A DNA stretch of 63,773 bases, filler included, from Octopus bimaculoides (GCF_001194135.2; 6 parts of 5 records of this genome joined end to end with filler, not necessarily neighbours in it), one strand, 5' to 3'. Shown: positions 22,255 through 36,398, counted from the first letter of the whole stretch. Numbers and translations: made by a program. The notes: generated by a model not told the origin, from the sequence alone.

Positions 22255-22817
22255 ATTCACCTTTAGGGTTTAGCCGCATTTAAGTGGCAAATATACTTCA
22301 CGTTATATATATATATATATCGTTCTACTTGAGTGTTTTTGTTTCCATTTTTGTTCTCACGAATAGACAAATATATTTACTATTGCATTTAATCAGTTGT
22401 CTGTTCACCACATAACGATGTCTGTCTGTCGTCTGTCCGTCTGTCTCTCTCTTTCTCTGTCTATCTGTGTGTCTATCTGTTTGTATGGATGCATGTATGT
22501 CTGTTCCACTTAAGTATATTTTTATGAGAATCCTTTCCGGAAGGAGGGAGTTGTTTTTAACAAAGAAACAAAAGATACGCCACTGGAATTCGGATACCAA
22601 CAACGATAACAACGGCGATCTTTCTCGTATTCTGTCAGTTTAACCTGTAAGTAGAGCGGTAAAATTACGCCAGACGTTTTTTTTTATACATTTCATAATA
22701 TGACTGCTTATTGTTGCTGAGTTCCAATAATAGAGCCTTGTTTCTTTGTTAGAAACCAGACTTTTCTTTGTTGAAATGGCTCAAAGATATAAAGAAAATA
22801 CACACACAACACACACG

Positions 22818-22874
<57 letters not shown>

Positions 22875-23359
22875 ACACACGCACACTCACACACGCATGC
22901 ACACACGCGCACGCACAAACGTCTATATACATAATACGAACAAATACTACTGGAATGTCCCAGTAAAATCTTCAATAAAAGGTAAACATAAGAGACCAGA
23001 NNNNNNNNNNNNNNNNNNNNNNNNNNNNNNNNNNNNNNNNNNNNNNNNNNNNNNNNNNNNNNNNNNNNNNNNNNNNNNNNNNNNNNNNNNNNNNNNNNNN
23101 NNNNNNNNNNNNNNNNNNNNNNNNNNNNNNNNNNNNNNNNNNNNNNNNNNNNNNNNNNNNNNNNNNNNNNNNNNNNNNNNNNNNNNNNNNNNNNNNNNNN
23201 NNNNNNNNNNNNNNNNNNNNNNNNNNNNNNNNNNNNNNNNNNNNNNNNNNNNNNNNNNNNNNNNNNNNNNNNNNNNNNNNNNNNNNNNNNNNNNNNNNNN
23301 NNNNNNNNNNNNNNNNNNNNNNNNNNNNNNNNNNNNNNNNNNNNNNNNNNNNNNNNNNN

Positions 23360-23400
<41 letters not shown>

Positions 23401-23401
23401 A

Positions 23402-24444
23402 GTCAAACTGGAATGCGATCACTCAAGACTTATCGCAAGTGGACTGGTCTTTCACCCTTGCATCCTCCAATACCACAGCAAACACAAATGCATGGCAACT
23501 ATTTGAGGACACGGTCACCCACATATGTTCAAAACACACACCCTCACGACTCATAAATAACAGTAGATGCAGGATTCCAAAACAGAGAAAAGCGCTCACT
23601 AGGAGAATTAAAAAAATAAACCGAAAAATCAATATTCTAAAATACCACCATCAGCATCACTCCCAATCGAGAACATTAACAACCTTGGAATCAAAGAATC
23701 AGCAACTGTAGGACTGTATGAGAACCCTCATAAACGACCAAAGAGCTAAAGCCTGGGCTATTAAAAATATCAAGAATAATCCTAAGGTCTTTTACTCCTT
23801 TGCAAAAACACATAGGACCACAGTTTCCTCTATCGGCCTGCTGGTTGACGGAAACGGCATCCTTCACAGTGATGCCAAAGACATGGCTGAGATCCAGCAA
23901 AGTCAATACTGCTCTGTTTTCAGTGACCCTGATTCAGTTGACTCAAGCAGCTTTGCTTCTTTGAATCCTCAACATGTGCTTTCCGACATAACCTTCGACG
24001 TCACTGATATCCTATCAACAATAAAAGATTCAGCAGTGGGTCCGGACAGATTCCCTGCTAGAGTGCTGAAGGCATGCAGACAGCCACTTGCAGCTCCTCT
24101 TACAAATCTCTGGAAGAAATCACTGGATGCCAGTTTTATCCCCCAAAACCTTCTCTCCCAGTCAGTTGTTCCTATCTTTAAAAAAGGGGGTTAAATCGCG
24201 CCCTGTAAACTACCGTCCAATCTCACTCACCTCACATATCATCAAAGTATTTCAGAGAGTGTTGAGATCAAGAATAACAGTCTTCCGAGAACAAAACCAT
24301 CTCCTAAATTGCAACCAGCATGGCTTTCGTGGTGGGAGGGACTGTCTAATACAGCTCCTCCACCACTTTGATGACATCTTAAATGCACCAAGTGAGGACT
24401 CCAACGCGGATGTCAAATACCTTGATTTCAGCAAGGCCTTTCCC
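23402..24444 (+). pseudogene. CR1-clade LINE ORF2 (reverse transcriptase) fragment
   Basis: IKNNPKVFYSFAK...GPDRFPARVLK...VVPIFKKG/NYRPISLTSHIIKVF...NQHGFRGGRDCLIQLL...YLDFSKAF, with a stop and a frameshift. Confidence 0.9.
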
Positions 24445-24454
24445 AAGAAAAATC

Positions 24455-24992
24455 CGGGCTAGTCAAGTTTGGGGAACGTGAAGGCCATTCAAAGTAGACT
24501 TCGCATATGGTTCCAGCAAGATGGGGTAACTGCTCATACCGCAAGAGAAACAATGCAGTTGCTACGGCAGTGCTTTGGAGAGAGAATAATCTCCCGCTAC
24601 GGCAGTGTCAACTGGCCTTCACGTTTCCCAGATCTGACTAGTTCGGATTTTTTTTCTTGTGGGGATATCTGAAAGAGAGGGTTTACGTCAACAAACCGGA
24701 GACCCTGGTGCAACTGAAAAACATCAATAGAGAACTCAGAGAAGTGAGGTCTGAAACTCTTGAGGGTGTTATGGTGCAAGTTTTGGAAAGAGCACGGGCG
24801 TGCGAGCCAAAAATGGCTGCCATTTAAGCGATGTCATTTTTCATATGTGATATAGTGGTGTTGCAAAATTTGGCTTGTCCATATTAATTTCCATTACGTC
24901 CTTTATATTGTATCAAAATTTCATGCATTTATTTGTAAAGTTAAGGAAGTTATTAAAAACTGAAACTTCCCAGTGACTTTTGGGACACCCTA
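24455..24992 (+). mobile_element. Tc1/mariner transposase C-terminal fragment with right TIR
   Basis: WFQQDGVTAHTARETM...NWPSRFPDLTSSDFF/WGYLKERVYVNKP; ends gacttttgggacaccc-TA. Confidence 0.85.
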
Positions 24993-25669
24993 TATATATA
25001 TAAAAGAATGAGATAAAGAGACCAATGGCATAAGTAAATTTATATATATATTTGTTTCCTTACACCATATACTAGAGTTTCCTTACACCTTATACTAGAG
25101 TCCGAGTGTCTGATTCTGCAGCACAGATGCCTCGTCTTTTTCTCTAGTTTTGTTATTCTCCTGGATAACTTAGACCCTTTTGGTGTTTACTTGTTTCAGC
25201 CATTGAATTATGGTCATGCTGGGGCCATAAATTAAGTACCAGTTGCGTACTGGAGTCAATCTAATCGACTGGCTCACTCCCCCAAAATTTCGGGCCTGGT
25301 GCCTAGAGTAGAAAAGAATATCTTTATGTATAGAATTGTTAAGTAATTCTTAGCGGCATTTCGTCCGTCTTTACGTTCTGATTTCAAACTCAGTCGAGGT
25401 CAACCTTGCTTTTTGTCTTTTCAGTGTCGATAAAGCAAGTACCAGCGGAGCTGATGTCTCCCGAAGTTGCTGACCTTGTGCCAAAATTTTAAATCACTGT
25501 TAGTTCCGGCTTATGTTCTCACTTCAAATCCCGTTATAGCCTACGTGGGTGGTTAGATTTGATCCATTGCCCGTTTCAATATCATTACCTTGACGTCTAT
25601 GATTCCACGTTCTTTTTAATTAATTATTTCTATAATACCATAATTATTCCCAATTTCATATATTTATCA

Positions 25670-25845
25670 TACGACTGGAAAACTGACCAACGATGGATGA
25701 AAGTGGATTATCGAGCAGTACTGAAAAACAGAAAATGCAGAAATGGACTGAAGAATTTCAAAGACCAGCTGCTCCAAAAGTAAGAGTTTACAGAACAGGT
25801 GAAAAATTTAGGCAGACTGGGTCCATCTGCAATGCACATTCAGGG
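25670..25845 (+). pseudogene. Tc1/mariner transposase N-terminal HTH (DUF4817-like) fragment
   Basis: MTGKLT..KWIIEQY*KTENAE/WTEEFQRPAAPKVRVYRTGEKFRQTGSICNA. Confidence 0.6.
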
Positions 25846-26049
25846 TTTTAGTCGAACAAATCGACCCTAAGGCTTATTCCTTATAAGCCTAGTACTTATT
25901 CTTTCTGTCTCTTTTGCCGAACCACTAAGTTACGGAAACGTAAGCACACCAACAACGGTTGTCAGGCGGCGGAGGTGCGGGGACAAACACAGATACACAC
26001 ATACACACACACGCACACACAAACATGCTCTCATATATATATATATATA
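25845..26049 (-). mobile_element. SINE family A, 3' half
   Basis: Reverse complement of the SINE-A body and tail. Confidence 0.8.
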
Positions 26050-26379
26050 NNNNNNNNNNNNNNNNNNNNNNNNNNNNNNNNNNNNNNNNNNNNNNNNNNN
26101 NNNNNNNNNNNNNNNNNNNNNNNNNNNNNNNNNNNNNNNNNNNNNNNNNNNNNNNNNNNNNNNNNNNNNNNNNNNNNNNNNNNNNNNNNNNNNNNNNNNN
26201 NNNNNNNNNNNNNNNNNNNNNNNNNNNNNNNNNNNNATATATATCAGGAAAGCAGAAAATGGAGATAAAATTGATGAATAACGATTTACACTAATTATCA
26301 TTTATTAATTAATTACAAAAAGAGAGAATCTCATCTTACAGCTGTTTCTATTAGTGTGATTCCCAGGCTTCACCACCAC

Positions 26380-26445
<66 letters not shown>
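26380..26445. repeat. (AAT)n microsatellite
   Basis: Direct reading. Confidence 0.95.
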
Positions 26446-26446
<1 letters not shown>

Positions 26447-26997
26447 GTTATCATTGTAAGTAACTAATTATGCCAATTTCAATCACGGAACTTCATAGCG
26501 GAGAAGTAAATAAAATAAAAGTAAAAAAGATAAAGAAAAAGGAGAAAGTAAGAACAGTAATAATCAATTCATGCTACATTCTGACTCACCGGGAAATTTT
26601 CGACCGACTAGAATTAGAAATAGAATTGAGATAGTTATGATATTTAGTAGTACATTCCTATATACGGGTGGAAAGTGTGAGTTAAATATATAACTATATG
26701 AGCAATTTGGTTAGGTCAAAAAAATAAGATGAAAAGTAAAAAATATAATTAGAAATACCAGTAGTTATAGGACTAAATAATAACAGATGAGTATAATTTA
26801 TTATTTATTGATTTCGTATGTATTTTACTTTTATCTCCATTTCCTGCTTTCCTTGAATATTGATAAACTTCGGTTCATTCTTGTCATTACCTATCACTTA
26901 TGAGCATTACTACCAATGCTCATGATTAAATATTGGTAATACACCAGTGGATTCATTGGATACATGCATCCCTTGGACGGTGTACGTGTGTGTGTGT

Positions 26998-27097
<100 letters not shown>

Positions 27098-27140
27098 AAT
27101 TGATTTGTTTACGTCCCCGTGCCTTAGCGGTTCAGCACAA

Positions 27141-27473
27141 GAAAGGATGAAAGGCAAAGTCGACCTCGGCGGAATTTGAACTCAGAACGTAAAGACAGAC
27201 GAAATACAGCTAAGCATTTCGCCCGGCCTGTTAACATTTCTTATTTCTTTATTGCCCACAAGGGGCTAAACATAGCGGGGACAAACAAGGACAGACAAAG
27301 GGATTAAGTCGATTACATCGACCCCAGTGCGTAACTGGTACTTAATTTATCGACCCCGAAAGGACGAAAGGCAAAGTCGACCTCGGTGGAATTTGAACTC
27401 AGAACATAACGGTAGACGAAATACCGCTAAGCATTTCGCCCGGCGAGCTAACGTTTCTGCCAGCTCGCTGCCT
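27141..27473 (-). mobile_element. SINE family C, dimer-like composite (3' monomer truncated)
   Basis: ggcagcgagctggcagaaacgttagc head; internal junction of the aataaagaaataa|gaaa..tt type; matches 60575-60982. Confidence 0.9.
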
Positions 27474-27510
27474 TAGCAATAACAACAACAACAACAACGA
27501 CAACAACAAT

Positions 27511-27925
27511 CTTTTCTACTATAAGCACAAGGCCTGAAATTTTGGGAGAGGGGGTTAGTCAATTACACCATCCCTAGTATTTAACAGGTAATTAATTTAT
27601 CGACCCCGAAAGATGAAAGTCAAAGTCGACCCCGGCAGGATTGAACTCAGAATGTAAAGACGGACGAAATGCCACTAAGCATTTTCCCTGGTCTGCTAAC
27701 GTTTCTTATTTCTTTATTGTCCACAAGGGGCTAAACATAGAGGGGACAAACAAGGATTAAGCCGATTACATCGACTCCAGTGCGTAACTGGTACTTATTT
27801 AATCGACCCCGAAAGGATGAAAGGCAAAGTCGACCTCGGCGGAATTTGAACTCAGAACGTAACGGCAGACGAAATACCGCTAAGCATTTCGCCCGGTGTG
27901 CTAACGTTTCTGCCAGCTCGCCGCC
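27511..27925 (-). mobile_element. SINE family C, dimer-like composite with one young and one old half
   Basis: Same junction; 27707-27925 is near consensus while 27511-27706 is strongly diverged. Confidence 0.9.
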
Positions 27926-28067
27926 TTTATACATAGATATATTGAATGAGCCTTCAGTTAATGTTTGATGGTTTTCATACATAAACATCCATAAAAACTA
28001 GCATATTATTACATATGAGCATGTCATTGGATGTATGTGTATCCATGTGTATGTATGCGTTAGTGGA

Positions 28068-28104
<37 letters not shown>

Positions 28105-28107
<3 letters not shown>

Positions 28108-28262
28108 GAAGTGATTGTAGAGCAACGCAAGTTGAAGTGTTTTGCTCAAGAACACAACGCATCATCCTGTCAGGAAATTGAAACCATGGAATTGAAACTG
28201 TGATCTCACGATCACGAGTGCAGCACCCTGACACTAAGCCACGCACCCTCACACATACACAC
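28105..28262 (-). mobile_element. SINE family D head
   Basis: tRNA-like head plus gcgttgtgttcttgagcaaaacacttca, shared with the copies at 31320, 34095, 49660, 59655 and 62930. Confidence 0.75.
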
Positions 28263-29974
28263 ACATGTTGAAGCTTGTGGGTCAGACGAGTACAAAATAG
28301 CAACGATAAAAATTAGCAAAAGCTTAAAGAAATTTAAAACAATGAGCAATCATGTAAAGAACATTATTTATTCCATTAATAAAATAAAACGATATTTATT
28401 CTATTCATCTATTTCCTTCTCTTTCTCTCCCGTCTTTTTTTTCCATTGTCATAAACATTGTAATAGGCCACCAGGAGAGTAACTGATAAGAAAGCAAAAA
28501 AGAAAGAAACCCAACCATGAAACCAACTCAGTCTCATAGAAGACAAAATTAATATCTGCAGATCACTGCTCGTCCATTCAATATAACAATGCGGTGTCCA
28601 CAAATACTGTTACAACCGCGAGAACATATCTGTATAATGCTGTTCATATTCATAAGGCGATAGACTACAGCCGACATGCTCCTATGCTCAGATTATCTAT
28701 ATTGCTATTTCATCAGCAATTAACAAAGAACAACTGATTTTATTTCTATTTTTATTTTTTTACTGAATGTTCTCACACCGAGAACTGTTTGCTACTGATT
28801 TCTTTGTGAGAAGGTGACAAATTTTCTGGGTCGCCAGAGCGTCAAACGATATGGTTTGTGGTGTTTAGTCAGGCATTTTGTGATCTGCAATCAAGCACAG
28901 CCGAAGTCAACATTGCTTTTCATCGTTTTGGGATCGATATATAAAAGTACCAGCCTGTAACATTGGGTTAGGGGAGATGTGATTGTATCAGAATTAATAT
29001 TACAAAATAATATTGTAAACCTTTGTAATATTAGCTCTGGCAAGGCTTGTGTTACTTGGAAAAGGTGATCGGAAGACTACTGTGAAACTGCCGTGGAAAT
29101 GGAATATCCAACTTGCACAGATAGAATCCTTCTTCAGAGTAAAGTTGATAGAAGGAAAATAAAAGAAAGACAGCAGAGGTTTACATCCTCTTTGTTTGAG
29201 AAAATGGCTGCAACATATATTTTACATACATTGAAATTTAAAAACTTTGTTAGAATGTGAATTACATGTACGAATATTCGTTTAGAAAATCTTTGTCTGG
29301 TATTTGCCAATTTGGGCAGAGGTTACCGAAATGGTGTCTATGTCCGATTGCGACAGCATAGACACTTAAAACAGTTAATGAAAAGCACGGTACATGCTAC
29401 CAAACCATTTTTACTCGTCGTGTGGCGACTAGTTGTACTGTCGAATATTATACTATTGAGAAATCGCTCAGCTCCTCATGTTTCCAGTCGCTTTGTCTTA
29501 TCAACAATTTAACAATCCTGTTGAGCCTTCATAGCCATGGTTCTATTACAATTCACCACCTATGTTTCTATTAATTTTGAAAATAATCATGAATTCTCTT
29601 GTATTTAGTTAAATAGCTAATTTTTAACAAATTACTTCCATATATTTAGCTAGTATTTATGATTATAAATTTCTTACATACAATTATCGTAGAGAGTTTT
29701 GATTTAAATATCTACACTTTAAAATATTATTATTTTTTTAAATCAAAGTACCAAAGGTGGTTTCAAGTGTGTTTATACAAAAATTTGAGAAGACATTAGT
29801 TTGAAATACGAATAAAAAGAAGAAAAAAAGTAATTTATATTTATGACCCCAATCATTTAGCAGGATCAATTTCCATGAAAACATATATGTCCGCTAATAA
29901 AAATCTTTCCACTGCTGAATTCATTTTATGCAAAATGCAGTCAAAATAGTGAATTTTCCTTGAAAATTCAGTAA

Positions 29975-30345
29975 AAAAAAAAAATCTGGTAATAAGTTTT
30001 GAACCATGGATCTATGGACAGCCCAACTTTACAGTTCTGGTACAAAGGTTTTACATAAATGTCTTGTAGCGCTTCTCTTGTCTGGAATGAGTGTAAATGT
30101 TTGGCAGTAAATCCAGCCTCAATATGCACATTATTAAGATTACCAAAAGCTTCGTGGCTCTTGATATCCTCCACCATATTCAATCAAACACGCTCAATCA
30201 AAAACTGATGAAGAGTAACTTACTTTCCTTGGATGTCTGAACTCTTCTTATACAGAATGCGAGCATTTGTACAGCACCAATCACTCAAATGGACTAGGAC
30301 ATATCTCCAACACTTCACAAACTTCATTTTGAGACTTTCATTCAT
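29975..30345 (-). pseudogene. piggyBac-like transposase C-terminal remnant
   Basis: WRYVLVHLSDWCCTNARILYKK..VTLHQF and LYQNCKVGLSIDPWFKTYY resemble the piggyBac NA.ILYK block and the terminal C..C.V.LC..PCF..YH Cys-rich domain. Confidence 0.55.
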
Positions 30346-30443
30346 GTGTGTGCGCGTATGTGTGTGCAAGATGTAGATATACCGTAGGCGAAGTTCAAAT
30401 GTATTTCTAATAATCGCTTGGGGTAACACAGGAGTACTCGATG

Positions 30444-30618
30444 CACTAGCGTAGCTAGGGGTTGGGGTATGGGCGATCCGCCCTGGGCGCCGCTTTTGAG
30501 GGGCAGCACTTTTCATTCTGTTGTCGGCTATTTTTGTAGGCAATATGTTTTTTGTGGGGTTCGGAGGTGGTAAACGGAAGGGCCACCCTGGGTGGCACAC
30601 ACTCTAGCTACGCTAGTG
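30444..30618. mobile_element. hAT-type MITE (175 bp)
   Basis: Perfect 15-bp TIRs CACTAGCGTAGCTAG/CTAGCTACGCTAGTG; 8-bp TSD ACTCGATG/ATTCGATG. Confidence 0.9.
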
Positions 30619-31259
30619 ATTCGATGTCTATTTGACAGTGCTCCAGTATGAACCAATTATGAGTATCTTTATCAGCTTTATATTTATCACGACTCCAATA
30701 AATGCACTGATGGCTTTATTGAGGTGCAGGTAGGATAATTGCAGTTGGCAGTGAATTTATTTATTTATCATATTCCTAAGATTTCGATAAAATGTGAAGT
30801 ACCTTACTAATATCCTTTTAAAAGATCTTTGTCTGGTATTTAGCACTTTTGGGAGTTTCTTATAATGTTACCCAACACTAACTGTTTAATCTACTTCTCA
30901 TATTTTCAGTATCCCGACAGCCATTTTAATATTCTTGTTGAACTGCTCACATTCATCATATGATAAGCTTTTCAATCATTTTTGTCTTTTTTATTTTCTC
31001 AGACGCTGTATCTTTTTTGTTGACTGTGTTCTGGTGAAGGTCTGGTAGACTGGGTTAAGGTCATAAATAAATAGTTTAACGTTCTCCGCTTTCCTAGTGT
31101 TAATCTGAATTTGAATTGTTAATACATAACTGACAGTTCTTGTTTCTGCTTGTACTGAAGGTCTCAAATTTCACGCAGTTATGTTTTTTATGTTTCTATG
31201 TTCCTTTGTATGCATGTATGTATTATGTATACATACTCAAGTATACACACATAATACAT

Positions 31260-31319
<60 letters not shown>

Positions 31320-31324
<5 letters not shown>

Positions 31325-31500
31325 GGTTCTTACAATGTTCCACTCACGATCGCAAGATCGTAGTTTCGACTCGCACACCGGTGCGTTGTGTTCTTGAGCG
31401 AAACACTTCATTTCTCATTGTTTCAGTCTACCCAGCTATAAATGACTAACCCTGCGATTAACTGGTATTCTGTTCAAAGGGAATGTTGATCTAACCGCCA
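31320..31500 (+). mobile_element. SINE family D, 5'-truncated
   Basis: cactcacgatcgcaagatcgtagtttcga...gcgttgtgttcttgagc...cagtctacccagctataaatg. Confidence 0.75.
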
Positions 31501-33329
31501 AGCCAGCTTCATTAGAAAGCAACAACAATGCGAGAAACTGCATTGTGACTAGCAGTGTATAGCAACACACGGTAGTCTGGTCGATACAGTGATAAAGTGA
31601 TACATAATGTATGTATGTTAGTTCTGGTAGTATTAAAAAATGTTTCACCATCTTGGTGTGAAGAGTAATTTTCAACCCAGAAACAATGTTCTTTCATTGG
31701 AATACAGACAATATCAACTAGTTTGTCATGTATATATGTGTTTGCACGTATCGTATATGTATGTATGTCATTGCATGTATCGATCTATTGGTTTTTGGCT
31801 TATATATGTATACATATGCAACTTTTCGGTATATTTATATGTATGTATATATAACTACTACAAGTTACATTTCTGCAATGTTTTGTACATTGTCACAATT
31901 TCATTAATTGTAATTCCTTAGTTTAGGACCCTTTCTATTTTGGTGAAGCTCACTTTTGAAAGTTGGAGCTGATTCATTACCAAGTGCTCCAATTATCACC
32001 TTTATGAATCTAAAGTTATGGGGGAGCTGTGGTATCTGTAAAGTTTTCATTAGTTCGGTATAAATGTTTTCTTTTCCTTTTTATCTTTCACTTTAAAAAG
32101 TGCACCGCATTCCTGCCTCCTGAAAGAGGCTACTAAAAGGATTGGTGAGATGAGGAGCATCCAGCTGGAAAAAACCCTGCCGTAGAAAAACTTTCAACTC
32201 ATGGCAGCATGGAAAATTGGGCGGAAAACGTAAATGATTACGTTAATATCTGATGGCCAACTGATTTCTCTTACTGTGCACACTCTCATTTCCAGATCAT
32301 TATGCCTGCTCTGATACCCTTACATTTTACAACTGTTTCACAGGAGCCCTCCACCTGTATTCATCTATTATGTGCAAATATGTCTTCTACACCACTCACT
32401 TATCTTCCTAACTATTCTTTCTACGGATTGAATTTTACTGTGTTTTAGCCATGATGTCATACGTCAGTGATATACATTTTCTGACAGTTAGTTACAATAT
32501 AGTTCACATATTCGGTGTTAATTCCACATAATCTATATACATTGTCACACTTACGTAGTTTTCTTGAATGTCTAACTCTTTCGCACATTAGATATTTTCT
32601 TGTTATTTCTTGTTCTTTGATTGCAAAAGCATGCACTTCAAAGGAAAGATAATATATATCTTCCCAAGATAGACTACTTCAACTGTTCATACTACTGACA
32701 ATAAAGCCATGCAAGACATTCTGCTGATAAACTGAAATCCTTTCATCCGACTTTCTATTACGGTATCAAGTTGTGCAACTTCACTTCTCTGAGTGTGTAT
32801 CCCTGGTCATCACTGTGGGAATACTTCACTAGTAGCTTCCTTTCCAGTTCACATGATGCTATTCGCCTCATATATGCAAGCTTGGTCTGTAGGTGCACTT
32901 AGTTGCTTGGTGGTAAGTAGTTGGTATCAAGGGGAAATGATGCAACATTTAATGACTGCTTGAATCGATGTTAAGATTATGCTTCCTTCTGTTTCCTTTA
33001 GGTAAAGGCTAATATCACTACTAATGTGGAAATTTCTAGAAGTGATTTATAATTTTCAGGTTTTAAACATCAATGATCCCGATCTCAAGCAGCGTCCAGT
33101 CCAGTAGTCCAAATGTTGGTAGGAATAGCGTACAATTAACACATGGTGAGCCAGTCATTTATTGTGTTTGGAGGATTTTGCGGATAGTATATTTGTATCT
33201 ATGTTATATTTTATGGTTACACGTTCCTTGTTATAGATATCATGAGATATATTTTCAGCGATATTTAGGTAATTATAACATTCCTCATGAAATATCGGAG
33301 AAATAGACAGGACATTGATAGAGGTGTTG

Positions 33330-33620
33330 TTGGTTCAGTTTGTAATTTTCCCTAGTGGGAATATTTATCCTTGCAAACGGCATTCTTATGTCCTTTATGG
33401 ACGTCGTAACACAATCAAGACTCTTCATATTTTTCATCATTCATACTTTGGTCGTCCATAAAGAAGCTGTATATCAAATTGGTGTTACTGTCTTTCTGTT
33501 ACATGATCCTTTCGAATTTTCTCATAAAAAATGAGGGCTTTACAACAAATAGAAGCAGCATCACAGAGAAACAATCTCCTTGAAACATACATCTGCCGTA
33601 CTTTATCTTATCAGACAAAT
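33330..33620 (-). pseudogene. RLE-type (R4/Dong-like) LINE reverse transcriptase fragment
   Basis: YGRCMFQGDCFSVMLL and NLIYSFFMDD (RT motifs 4 and 5); a short duplicate lies at ~35835-35890. Confidence 0.65.
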
Positions 33621-34094
33621 TCTATCACGTCTTGTATTTAATTTCCCGTTGGTAGACGAGATCAGGTTGTATGGCCTTCATTGTGATCTCTGGAATTTTT
33701 TGTAAGATTTTCTTTTGTCATATTATACCTATTAAATAAGTCATTATTGAGATCATAGCAAAAATGTAATTTTGATTTCTTCTATAATTACAACGCGTAA
33801 AATTGTGTTTACCTTTTTTTCAATATTGTTTTTCTTCAGTTTCTCGCTAATGTTGTTGATATTATCGTTTCAAATCACCTTGTTTGTAGCGATTCTCTTC
33901 ATGGTAAATTTGGTTTTAAGAAGAATATCGCTACACTCTCCAATAAAATGTTTCTTCAGTGACTGTGAAGAAAAGCTTCGTGGATGTAACATTAATGTTG
34001 AAGATGGAATCCATCGTAAATTCAGTAAATAGACTTCCACGTCAAACAATAGCGTGCTGACGTCGAATGGTATGTGTATGAATATATGTATGTA

Positions 34095-34360
34095 CGAGGG
34101 CAGGTGGCCCGGTGATTAAGATGTCGCACTCACGATCGTAAGATCGTAGTTTCGATTTCTGGATCGGGTGATGCGTTGTGTTCTTGAGCAAAATACTTAA
34201 TTTCAAGTTGCTCTGTGATCACTTCGACATCTTATGAGTGACACACCGTGCACCTGTACAGGTAGTGTCGATTTGATGGAGGAAGTGAGCTAATGTACAA
34301 CACAAACAGTTCTTCGCAACAAACAAATCATCTGTGTAGGCCGTTCAGCTAGAAATTGCA
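34095..34360 (+). mobile_element. SINE family D
   Basis: Head ggtggcccggtgattaag..cactcacgatcgtaagatcgtagtttcgatt. Confidence 0.75.
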
Positions 34361-34887
34361 GAAACCTTATTCAAAATGATTGAATGAATGGAAGTGTGCA
34401 CGTATGTATGTATGTATGTATGTATGTATGTATGTATGTATGTATGTATGTATGTATGTATGCATGTATGTATGTATGTATGTATGTATGTATGTATAGA
34501 TGGATGGATGGACGTGTGCATGCGCGCACACACAGACACACACACACATACAACACAACACATACACCCATACATAGAGCCTATACATATAAGAGGGATG
34601 TTTAGCCGGTAACATCCAACCGGGTCATGGAGGCCAAGGAAAAGCCTATGAGTATGCAATGAACTCCGCTCCCAAATACTCAACACCCTTGAATACTTAA
34701 AGGGACCCTGATCCCTTCCAACTCTTGAAGGCTTTCTCTAGAGCAATATCAATACCTGTACACGAAATAGAAGCAGTTCATTAGTTAAAAACTATCCTAC
34801 CAACTCGGTCCTAAGTAGCTTTCACAAGAATCTAGCTAGATATTCACAGATTCTGTTTCGTTTCTGAAAGAAACTCATTATCACAGA

Positions 34888-35201
34888 TGCTGGCGTGGCT
34901 GTGTGGTAAGAGGTTTGCTTCAAACCTCATAGTTCCGGGTTCAGTTCCGCTGCATAGCTCCATGGACAAGTATTTTCTATTATGGCCCCGAGGCGACCAA
35001 AACCTTGTGAATGGACTTGAAAACTGAAAAAATCATGGGGCCTTGTCAAATTTGTAAATCTGTGATTTTCGTCTTCGGCGTGCAAAACTACATCAGGACA
35101 ACCTGTTTTGGAAAATGATCTGGTGAAAATTTGAAGAACTTCAAGTGATTAACACTTTAACTCTTTAACCAGTTTCAACTCGAGAATGGGGCCACCGACT
35201 G

Positions 35202-35255
<54 letters not shown>

Positions 35256-35520
35256 ACAACAATTTACCCACTGCACCCTGTATATACATGTATGTGTGTC
35301 TTTGTATTTGTCTCCCACTACCGCCTGACAACTGGTTTATGTCTCTGTAAATTAACGCTTCAGCAAAAAGAGACCAATAGAATAAGTACCGGTTTACAAA
35401 AGCAAAAAAATAAATAAAAAGCTCGGCTTCGAATTGTTCAACTAAACTCCTTCAAGACAGTACCTCAACATGACTGCAGTGTAATAACTGAAACCAGTCA
35501 AACATGAAATAAAGATAAAA
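34888..35520 (+). mobile_element. SINE family A, interrupted by an unrelated ~170-bp insert
   Basis: Head 34888-35030, microsatellite, tail 35295-35520. Confidence 0.75.
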
Positions 35521-35671
35521 GGTTATGAAGTCTTCCTGCTTCCTACAATACCTTCAGAGCAAAGCATTCAACAAAATATATCAATTATTCCTTGTATGTT
35601 TCTTACAATTAATGTTCTTTGTCACAATTCTTTACAGATCTAATTATTATTATTATTATTATTGTCATCAA

Positions 35672-35815
35672 TACGGCGAGCTGGCAGAATTGTTAGCACG
35701 CTGGACGAAATGCTAAGCGACATTTCACCCGTCGCTCTGTTCTGAATTCAACTTCCGTCGAGGTCGACTTTGCCTTTCATCCTTTCGGAGTCGATAAAAT
35801 AAGTACCAGCTAAGT
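35672..35815 (+). mobile_element. SINE family C monomer
   Basis: ggcgagctggcagaattgttagcacg...gtcgactttgcctttcatcc. Confidence 0.8.
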
Positions 35816-36367
35816 ACTTATTTTATATTTTTCCTCATTCATGCTTTGGTCGTCCATAAAGAAGCTGTATATCAAATTGGTGTTACTGTTCTTATCTAAC
35901 GGCCCTCGATGTTTTTCTTTCGATGTTTTTTTCTACTTGCGTTCATAATAATTTTTCTAACGTCTTGGCTCAACAGCCCTCACCTTTTGTTTTTACTGTC
36001 TTGTTCTCACTGTCCTGTTCTTGTTAACACTTTCATCTTCCGCAAAAAATCCCAAATTCTATTTAATTTGCTTTGCGGGAAGGTCTGTTTCAACGAAGTT
36101 GCGTATTGTCCTTGCCTTCGAAACGCGGAGTAGATGGAACAGGGACAACTGACGAAAGGGTATACTCTTTATGTTGCATGTCTAATTTCTCTGTTTTTTT
36201 CGTTGTTCGCAAAAAAAGTTCGTTTTCTATGTTTTGTTTTTATGTTTTCGTTTCTCATTGTGTTCAACGTTTTTTTTAATGTCCTGTACCTATATATGCA
36301 TGTATATATACATATATATGTAGGTATGTATATATATGTATGGATATATGCATATATTTATATATTA

Positions 36368-36394
<27 letters not shown>

Positions 36395-36398
<4 letters not shown>

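Noticed and set aside
33060-33144. Candidate exon (ttttcag acceptor; VLNINDPDLKQRPVQ*; possible donors at 33119 and 33145)
   Set aside because: All three frames hit stops before a donor; cannot be supported without transcripts.
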